This document shows, one piece after another, positions 58,535 to 64,000 of a DNA stretch of 64,000 nucleotides. The notes beneath the pieces are model-generated. The model saw only the letters and a list, made by a program, of their open reading frames with translations. It was not told where the DNA came from and did not search any database. The DNA is from a virus, in IMG/VR virus record IMGVR_UViG_3300027798_000017, positions 1 to 64,000 of that record; one strand, written 5' to 3'. Within the stretch, counting starts at the first letter, position 1. Each line of letters begins with the position of its first letter. The position numbers and the translations under genes are program-made.

Positions 58535-59029
58535 ATGTATGTATCACGTGATTTAGAATGGACAGTACTCAAATCTTTTTGTAGAGGTTTAGAAAAACTT
58601 GACACCCACCCAAGTAATACACTTGTAGTCATAGTAAGTCCAGATTACAGCGCAACAGTAGGAATGCATGCAGCACATCATTTGAGTAAAGATGGTGAAA
58701 TGCTAGATATAACCTTCATTGACGTACCATACCCAGATGAGGACAAAAACATTTACATAAAGCAAATGCTAGATCAAACAAGCTCTATGGGTATTCGTAA
58801 ATTTCAAAAATACAAAAACGTAATCCTCATAGAAGCAGGTGTGATTACTGGTAAGAACTATACATGGATCACAGAATGCTTAGAAGTGGCTGGTATAGAT
58901 TACTACACAGCGGCATTGTTTGAAAACATAGATAGTATCTATAAATCAGATGTAGTAGGAAGATACTACAAACACTCAGATCGCGAACTAGAATTCTATT
59001 GGGAAAAACCTAATAACCACTGGTCATAA
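58535..59029 (+). CDS. Divergent type I phosphoribosyltransferase-fold protein, 164 aa
   Basis: VILIEAGVITGKN resembles the PRPP loop VLIVDDxxxTGxT; C-terminal FYWE resembles the Gpt/Hpt FPWE. Confidence 0.55.
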   Translation: MYVSRDLEWTVLKSFCRGLEKLDTHPSNTLVVIVSPDYSATVGMHAAHHLSKDGEMLDITFIDVPYPDEDKNIYIKQMLDQTSSMGIRKFQKYKNVILIEAGVITGKNYTWITECLEVAGIDYYTAALFENIDSIYKSDVVGRYYKHSDRELEFYWEKPNNHWS

Positions 59030-59063
59030 AAAAAAGGGGTAGCATCAGCAACTACCCCCTTTC
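59029..59063. terminator. Bidirectional terminator between convergent genes
   Basis: GGGGTAG/CTACCCC stem flanked by an A-run and a T-run. Confidence 0.75.
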
Positions 59064-59079
59064 CTCTTTCTAGAGTAAA

Positions 59080-59985
59080 TTACCTATCAACATCAACTAC
59101 AGGAACTGGCGCCACATAGTCATACAAGCGAATCTCAAAGTCAAATCTCAATCCTATCTTTGTATCAACTACAGGAATGTAAATTTTACCATCTTCTGAA
59201 TTAACAAATTCTGACAAGTATGCTGAACCTGCATCAAGGCTACGATAAACCCCTGCCAATGGAGATGACCATACTGTGTAATTTCTAAAATCAACACCTT
59301 CTAATACAAGAAATGATTGATCCATCTCAAGATCTGTATACGTACTAAAATTAAGTACTGGAAATGTAGAATCATAAATTCTAGTATCCATGTTAAGTAG
59401 AGTTATATTTCCATAGTAATATTCTACATTTTCAGTAACAAGCTCAGGATCAACAGAAATATAATCAAACATGTCATCACCTGTAAGCACAGATGGTCCA
59501 CCAATATATTCAAATCCTTTATTAAAACTTGCAAGTGCACTATCTGCAAGAAATACCCATTTGTAAAATTCTGCATCACTATACTTCCTAACAATATCAC
59601 TAATATCTTTGGATAAGTTTTCATGTAAAACGCTTCCATTCCAAACGTCAGGAGTTTCACCAGTAGCAGTGAACACTACCCCAACAGCATTCTCAGCAGC
59701 ACCTACATTAGTAAAATCATCACCTTCTTCTAAATAGTCAATAATATACTTCTGACCAATAACAAGAGAACTACCACTATTAATACCATCGTTATTAGAA
59801 GCTTGTCCTAAGATGTTAAATAATACTCTACCACGAGCATTATAATCTGTGTCAATACCAGTAGCTAAATCAATTTGTGACAACGCATAGTTTACGTGGC
59901 CAACTGCACCATCTCTACGATCTGCTTCAGTAGCAGAAAACCCAGAGAAGTCTACATTAATTAAGTTAATTTTTTGTGTTTTCAT
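59080..59985 (-). CDS. Putative virion protein, 301 aa
   Basis: LVIGQKYII...DFTNVGAAENAVGVVFTATG module seen in phage structural proteins; preceded by the late motif. Confidence 0.6.
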   Translation of the reverse strand: MKTQKINLINVDFSGFSATEADRRDGAVGHVNYALSQIDLATGIDTDYNARGRVLFNILGQASNNDGINSGSSLVIGQKYIIDYLEEGDDFTNVGAAENAVGVVFTATGETPDVWNGSVLHENLSKDISDIVRKYSDAEFYKWVFLADSALASFNKGFEYIGGPSVLTGDDMFDYISVDPELVTENVEYYYGNITLLNMDTRIYDSTFPVLNFSTYTDLEMDQSFLVLEGVDFRNYTVWSSPLAGVYRSLDAGSAYLSEFVNSEDGKIYIPVVDTKIGLRFDFEIRLYDYVAPVPVVDVDR

Positions 59986-60004
59986 TGCGCAATGTGTTTA
60001 TGTT

Positions 60005-60025
60005 TACACTATAAGTTACAAAAAA
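60005..60025 (-). promoter_or_regulatory. Putative late-promoter motif TTTTTTGTAACTTATAGTGTA
   Basis: Copy of the five-member motif, ~20 bp upstream of the 301-aa gene. Confidence 0.5.
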
Positions 60026-60121
60026 AAATTTCTATATAAAAATTTTTCAAGTACTGAAATTTCTCTGAGGAAGAGATTATGGGTACTGTCTATGCTACAG
60101 CTCCCCCAGTCCACGCCAGAA

Positions 60122-60146
60122 CACAGCACCCCCCATGATATCCAGG
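60122..60146 (+). promoter_or_regulatory. Early-promoter-like repeat CACAGCACCCCCCATGATATCCAGG
   Basis: Near copies at 60722 and 62375, and a weaker one at 60096. Confidence 0.55.
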
Positions 60147-60162
60147 ACAAAAAACCTATACA

Positions 60163-60252
60163 ATGTACAAAACATACTACATTGCAGGAGTACAAATCAT
60201 TGCATTGTCTCTGTCAGAAGCATACGCTTACTACAGAAACAACTGCATGTGA
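60163..60252 (+). CDS. Very small early protein, 29 aa (MYKTYYIAGVQIIALSLSEAYAYYRNNCM)
   Basis: Read directly from sequence; follows the promoter-like repeat and an A-rich leader; below the ORF-track cutoff. Confidence 0.45.
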   Translation: MYKTYYIAGVQIIALSLSEAYAYYRNNCM

Positions 60253-60459
60253 TTTCAAAGACTTGGTGGGATGCCAAGTGCCTGCGCAGGACGAGCCACA
60301 GGGAGACTAATCATCTCTCTGTGATACTCTATTAACTGTTGTCCTACTCTCTTACGTACATGATTACTCATGATAGGCATTAGCATTGTGGCCATTAGAA
60401 TTACAATGCACATTTTAATTTAGAACCTTGTGGTACTTCAGGTCAACCACACCTATGTT

Positions 60460-60717
60460 ATGCGAGTTATAATCACAAACCCAACAGTAGTCCTTGATCA
60501 CATCACTGATGATAAGGCCTATGGCATTCTAGAGTTACATGACTTAAGTAACTCACTTACGATGCAGATCAAAGGTTCAATAGACATCCTTGAAAGACTC
60601 ATCAGTTCTACTCCAACATTCAAGAGCAGAATTGATGGCAAGGAGTTTCACTACCTGCGCAATGCTGAATTGCAGTATGACAAGCATGGTGATGTAGAGT
60701 GGATACAAGTTATCTAA
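60460..60717 (+). CDS. Early hypothetical protein, ~85 aa
   Basis: Likely start MRVIIT after the structured leader. Confidence 0.6.
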   Translation: MRVIITNPTVVLDHITDDKAYGILELHDLSNSLTMQIKGSIDILERLISSTPTFKSRIDGKEFHYLRNAELQYDKHGDVEWIQVI

Positions 60718-60721
60718 CAAA

Positions 60722-60746
60722 TACAGCAACCCCCAAGATATTCAGG
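60722..60746 (+). promoter_or_regulatory. Early-promoter-like repeat TACAGCAACCCCCAAGATATTCAGG
   Basis: Repeat copy upstream of SSB-like paralog 1. Confidence 0.6.
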
Positions 60747-60825
60747 CATACGTACTATGGCCTTTAGAATTATAGTACACAATTTTAATTTAACCTTTTG
60801 GTGCAGGTCAACCATTCCCACGATT

Positions 60826-61317
60826 ATGGCAACAAACGCTGTAACTATCAAAGCTAATACTAAGGGAGTATTAGTTAACGTCTATGCTACTAACAAGGAG
60901 TATGGATACATTGTTCTGGAAACCGTAGCTACTGTCTTTGATGGCGGTTGGATACGTGATTCTAAACGCACCTGCCTCATGAGAGGTACAGTTGAGCGTT
61001 TGGAGAAATTGGTCGCTGCAACCAAGTCTCTTCCAGGACGCATTGCAGTGCGCGAGTATTTGGAGGATGAAATTCCTGCAGATGTGGCTAAAGCCAACTT
61101 GCGTGATGACGTGACGTTTGACGAGGCTATTGAGCCATATGTTAAACGCGCAGGTCAGGATGGCGTGCTACTCACTAGAGGTGGCAAACGCATTGTGAGA
61201 TTCTGTGAGTATGATGGCGCTGCTATCATTACTGACATGACCATCTCTCATGACAATGTCGCTGAGGTGACTGCTTCCAAAGCAGGTGGTGTTAAGAAAG
61301 AGGACGCACCATTCTAA
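60826..61317 (+). CDS. SSB-like early protein, paralog 1, ~163 aa
   Basis: Beta-rich with an SSB-like C-terminal EDAPF tail; clear paralog of 62421-62918. Confidence 0.6.
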   Translation: MATNAVTIKANTKGVLVNVYATNKEYGYIVLETVATVFDGGWIRDSKRTCLMRGTVERLEKLVAATKSLPGRIAVREYLEDEIPADVAKANLRDDVTFDEAIEPYVKRAGQDGVLLTRGGKRIVRFCEYDGAAIITDMTISHDNVAEVTASKAGGVKKEDAPF

Positions 61318-61327
61318 ACAGTCCTAT

Positions 61328-61361
61328 GAGAGGCACGTCAAATAGGCGTGCTTCTCTTTTA
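61328..61361 (+). terminator. Rho-independent terminator
   Basis: GAGAGGCACG/CGTGCTTCTC stem followed by TTTT. Confidence 0.7.
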
Positions 61362-61383
61362 TTAATCTTTAAAACAAATTACT

Positions 61384-61716
61384 ATGTGTAAGTACAATTT
61401 TACATTCATGGACTCACAACCTCTTGCAGAGTTCATGAAAGATAAGCAGATACAAAATATGTTTCTGCATGAGGAGTCAGATGGCGTTAGATACGCTATT
61501 GGCAATATGAAGAATGGACGCTATGTTGTCATTCCTCTTGCCTCCACAGTATCAGGTCTACACCTGAATCTGAATGTGTGCTGGGTTACTAATCCAAAAC
61601 ACAAGAGTCATCCACGTGAGTTTGTTCTACTATGTAGAAGCAAGTTCACTGAGGTACATGACTCTGAACTATCTGAGTCTGTTTCTGTCACCCTTAAAAA
61701 CTATGGCAAGGTATGA
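61384..61716 (+). CDS. Early hypothetical protein, 110 aa
   Basis: A-rich leader; coupled by ATGA to the next ORF. Confidence 0.65.
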   Translation: MCKYNFTFMDSQPLAEFMKDKQIQNMFLHEESDGVRYAIGNMKNGRYVVIPLASTVSGLHLNLNVCWVTNPKHKSHPREFVLLCRSKFTEVHDSELSESVSVTLKNYGKV

Positions 61717-61868
61717 CAAAGACAGTAATCTTATACCTCTGGGCAGTGTTATGTCTAGGGGTATTTAGTGGCTTGCTGATGAGCTTTGGCTCTCACATGC
61801 TTCAAGCAGTTGGATTCATGTGCGTCTTCTGGGCGTGTATGCTAATGCCAATGCTTGGCTCAAAATAA
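61713..61868 (+). CDS. Small two-TM membrane protein, 51 aa
   Basis: MTKTVILYLWAVLCLGVFSGLLMSFGSHMLQAVGFMCVFWACMLMPMLGSK; ATGA overlap; not in the ORF track. Confidence 0.55.
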   Translation: MTKTVILYLWAVLCLGVFSGLLMSFGSHMLQAVGFMCVFWACMLMPMLGSK

Positions 61869-61875
61869 ACAGTTA

Positions 61876-61904
61876 ACAGGGTGCTGTATCTCACCCTGTA
61901 TTTT
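61876..61904 (+). terminator. Hairpin/terminator
   Basis: ACAGGGTG/CACCCTGT stem followed by ATTTT. Confidence 0.5.
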
Positions 61905-61917
61905 AAAACTATGTATT

Positions 61918-62157
61918 ATGGACAAAGGAACTTTGATTGATGTTGTAGCTATGATTGATGCAAGAATTGATCAACTTAATAAAGACAAGAAAGCTATTGA
62001 TGCTAGTGGCTATTCAGTACTTAGTAAAAAACTAAGCTTTGAAAGACTAGCAGGTGCAACAGTTGCTCTTGAATTATTAAGCCATCATTTGCAAAAAGCT
62101 ATTGATGCTGATGTAGCTTCAATGGAGAACCAGATGGGGGAACCCATGAGCTACTAA
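61918..62157 (+). CDS. Early helical hypothetical protein, ~79 aa
   Basis: Likely start MDKGTL; amphipathic helices. Confidence 0.6.
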   Translation: MDKGTLIDVVAMIDARIDQLNKDKKAIDASGYSVLSKKLSFERLAGATVALELLSHHLQKAIDADVASMENQMGEPMSY

Positions 62158-62160
62158 TAA

Positions 62161-62347
62161 CCACCCATTGGGGACAAACTGCACACACGATGCATAGATG
62201 ATGGAGTACACTCTGTCACACGTTGCGTCAAGTTGTGCAGTTTTTTGTCCTCTTGGTGGAGATGAATGGTGGAATGTAGGTTGACATACGATACGCATGC
62301 AGTTTTTTCCCCAGGGTGATGAAAGGTAATAAACAACCCATGGGGAA
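62161..62347 (+). ncRNA. Candidate structured ncRNA (long hairpin plus a second hairpin)
   Basis: CCACC/GGTGG, GGGGACAAA/TTTGTCCTC, ACTGCACA/TGTGCAGT, TGATGGAG/CTCTGTCA and TTCCCCA/TGGGGAA pairings. Confidence 0.5.
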
Positions 62348-62374
62348 TGGTGTACAACACGTTGATCTGTCCAA

Positions 62375-62398
62375 TACAGCAACCCCCATTGAACTCAG
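62375..62398 (+). promoter_or_regulatory. Early-promoter-like repeat TACAGCAACCCCCATTGAACTCAG
   Basis: Repeat copy upstream of SSB-like paralog 2. Confidence 0.6.
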
Positions 62399-62420
62399 TA
62401 TAAATTTAAACTCTTGATGT

Positions 62421-62918
62421 ATGAGTAATGTAAGAATTGTCCCTGGAAAGAAGGGATCTGTAGTGACAGCGTATGATTCAAACGCTGATTTTGGTTATGT
62501 GCAATTAGAGCAAAGTGCTATTGTAATGACCGCTGGATGGATTCGCGAAGTTAAGCGCACGTGCTTATTACGCGGTAAGACTGCTACGCTTGAGCAGTTC
62601 GTAAGCTCTTGTAAAGGTTTGCAAGTAGCTGGTAAATTGGTAGCCCTTGAGTTCCTAGAATCTCAAGTACCTGCTGATGTAGCTAAGGAGTTTCTGCGTG
62701 ATGACGTAAGCTATGAGGAGGCTATTGATAGTTATATCAAGCGTGCTGGTGCTGATGGTCCTGCGTTGACAAGCAATGGAGAACGTATTTTACGCTTTGT
62801 TAAGTGGGATACTGCTGATCAATTGCATGATGTGAATGTTTCTCACGATAATCAAGCAGAGGTTAGCGCGTCTAAAGCACTTGAGAGTGGTAAAGGCATG
62901 TTGCCAGGTGGTGAATAA
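62421..62918 (+). CDS. SSB-like early protein, paralog 2, 165 aa
   Basis: Shares GY..LE, GWIR..KRTCL.RG, LRDDV..EAI, YxKRAG.DG and SHDN with 60826-61317. Confidence 0.65.
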   Translation: MSNVRIVPGKKGSVVTAYDSNADFGYVQLEQSAIVMTAGWIREVKRTCLLRGKTATLEQFVSSCKGLQVAGKLVALEFLESQVPADVAKEFLRDDVSYEEAIDSYIKRAGADGPALTSNGERILRFVKWDTADQLHDVNVSHDNQAEVSASKALESGKGMLPGGE

Positions 62919-62940
62919 CAAGTAACTACCTGATTTAGAG

Positions 62941-62983
62941 GAGGTAAGAGTGGGGGATCAGTCCCTCACTATACCTTTCTTTG
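62941..62983 (+). terminator. Rho-independent terminator
   Basis: AGGTA..AGTGGGGGA/TCCCTCACT.TACCT stem followed by a T-rich tract. Confidence 0.65.
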
Positions 62984-63022
62984 CTTTTAGTTTTTTGCCA
63001 CAATAACACAATGAATTTACGT

Positions 63023-63037
63023 ACTATATAGCTATTA
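63023..63037. repeat. 15-bp operator-like repeat ACTATATAGCTATTA (copy 2)
   Basis: Identical to 49982-49996. Confidence 0.55.
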
Positions 63038-63058
63038 ACCACATTAAAACCCACGTCT

Positions 63059-63280
63059 ATGACAAACATTCTATTAGTTACCATTGATAAGTATTACTCC
63101 TATGAAGAAGCTAAACAACATATGTTAGCACAAGGAGTTAATTGGCTTGGTTGGCTTAACTCTGGTATTACTCTTCCTAAGGGTAATTATGAGAAAGCAT
63201 TTAGTAATAGGTCAGGTTCATCCTGTCTATATGTTGATCCTGTTAAAAGGATTGCGTACTCTGTTGATATGGGAGATTAA
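63059..63280 (+). CDS. Early hypothetical protein, 73 aa
   Basis: A-rich leader; ends RSGSSCLYVD...YSVDMGD; terminator-like hairpin GGGAGA/TCTCCC plus T-run over the stop. Confidence 0.6.
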   Translation: MTNILLVTIDKYYSYEEAKQHMLAQGVNWLGWLNSGITLPKGNYEKAFSNRSGSSCLYVDPVKRIAYSVDMGD

Positions 63281-63471
63281 GTTCTCCCTTTTTTCTTATC
63301 ATATTATTCTGATTTGCAAGTCAGTTTTTTATGAGAAAGCCATTCCTATTGACTATGTAGGGATTTGCAGGTAAGAGTCCTGATTTAAGTATACATTGTT
63401 GTTGCCCTCAGAGTTTAGATACTCATGGCGTATGCGTTAAGTTCCCTTGTGGAACTACTGAAACAACCTAT

Positions 63472-63592
63472 TACTCTCATCCAAGCAGGACACCTGAAGA
63501 GGTGTATAAAGAATACAATTTATATTGGCAGTAACTTGCACACCATCAGTGGTATGGAAAATTAAGTCAAGGGTTGCAACCTTGTGAGAGTA
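63472..63592 (+). ncRNA. Candidate multibranch structured RNA
   Basis: Closing stem TACTCTCA/TGAGAGTA; inner ACACCT-GAAG-AGGTGT and CAAGGGTTGCAACCTTG hairpins. Confidence 0.5.
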
Positions 63593-63780
63593 CGAAAAGG
63601 GATTTTAATATAGCTTCTTTTATTCCCTTAAGCTGTCTAACCAACAGTCAAACAAAGAAAAAAACTAGGTTAGGTGATATTACTGTGGTGGTAATAGTGA
63701 ACTAACTGATGTTTTCTCCAAGCTATGGATAACAGCTCAAAAAGCTAACAGCTTATACAGTGCTCATAACAAACTGTGTT

Positions 63781-63813
63781 ATAGACTACTCTCTAGTAGG
63801 GTAGTCTATTTTT
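63781..63813 (+). terminator. Hairpin/terminator
   Basis: ATAGACTAC/GTAGTCTAT stem followed by TTTT. Confidence 0.6.
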
Positions 63814-63816
63814 AAT

Positions 63817-63915
63817 GTACCATTCCTGATTCCCAAGGTCAGGCAGTTGTAATCGAAATTAGATGTATGTATATAACACATACTACCTATAGGTTACAAC
63901 TGAGTACAGAGGGGA
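63817..63915 (+). ncRNA. Candidate three-way-junction RNA with pseudoknot
   Basis: GTAC/GTAC, CCTGA/TCAGG and CAGTTGTAA/TTACAACTG stems; loop TCCC is complementary to downstream GGGA. Confidence 0.5.
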
Positions 63916-63946
63916 TCTACAAAATAGTAACTTATAAATCAAAAAT

Positions 63947-64000
63947 ATGACATTTGAAGACTTGAAATTTGAAAACAATGAGTGGATGGGTGAATATTCT
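63947..64000 (+). CDS. Start of an early gene (MTFEDLKFENNEW..., truncated)
   Basis: ATG after the A-rich leader AAATCAAAAAT; open to the window end. Confidence 0.5.
   Translation, partial: MTFEDLKFENNEWMGEYS

Noticed and set aside
60092-60335. Track ORFs of 72 aa and 66 aa
   Set aside because: They overlap the promoter-like repeats and hairpins; the 29-aa ORF in the third frame fits the leader context better.
60500-61800. Hammerhead ribozyme cores (CTGATGA at ~60506 and ~61776)
   Set aside because: Both lie in coding sequence and lack a properly placed GAAA and flanking stems.
62160-63940. tRNA genes in the structured intergenic regions
   Set aside because: No cloverleaf with a TTCGA T-loop and acceptor stem was recognised.
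1-64000. Stop-codon reassignment (TAG or TGA recoding as in some crAss-like phages)
   Set aside because: Genes are long and tightly tiled under the standard code. TAG terminates the portal and 925-aa genes, and TGA terminates coupled genes.

Overview
This is a 64-kb segment of an AT-rich, crAss-like (Crassvirales-related) Bacteroidota phage read with the standard genetic code. Positions 1-58.5 kb are one minus-strand late module. In transcription order it carries: a GroES-like gene; an Acb2/Tad1-like gene; wHTH and IHF-like genes; a PD-(D/E)XK nuclease; putative TerS; TerL; portal; a scaffold-like gene; the major capsid protein; four tandem Peptidase_S74-chaperoned fibre paralogs; tail ring proteins; Cys-rich fibre proteins; the large tail stabilisation (muzzle) protein; six large putative internal cargo proteins; and a giant (>=2000 aa) virion protein that runs off the left edge and is missing from the ORF track. 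From ~60.1 kb a divergent plus-strand early region has small genes, two SSB-like paralogs, a repeated promoter-like motif and many structured non-coding elements. The most striking signal is in the cargo genes (8.7-25.1 kb). They look like strings of modules punctuated by dozens of xxxGG motifs, and they carry effector-like domains: an ADP-ribosyltransferase-like fold, three zincin-like domains, NlpC/P60, a beta-barrel-like region and Cys-hairpins. This suggests a GG-tagged or GG-processed injected effector system. All functional calls come from motif recognition by eye; no searches were run.
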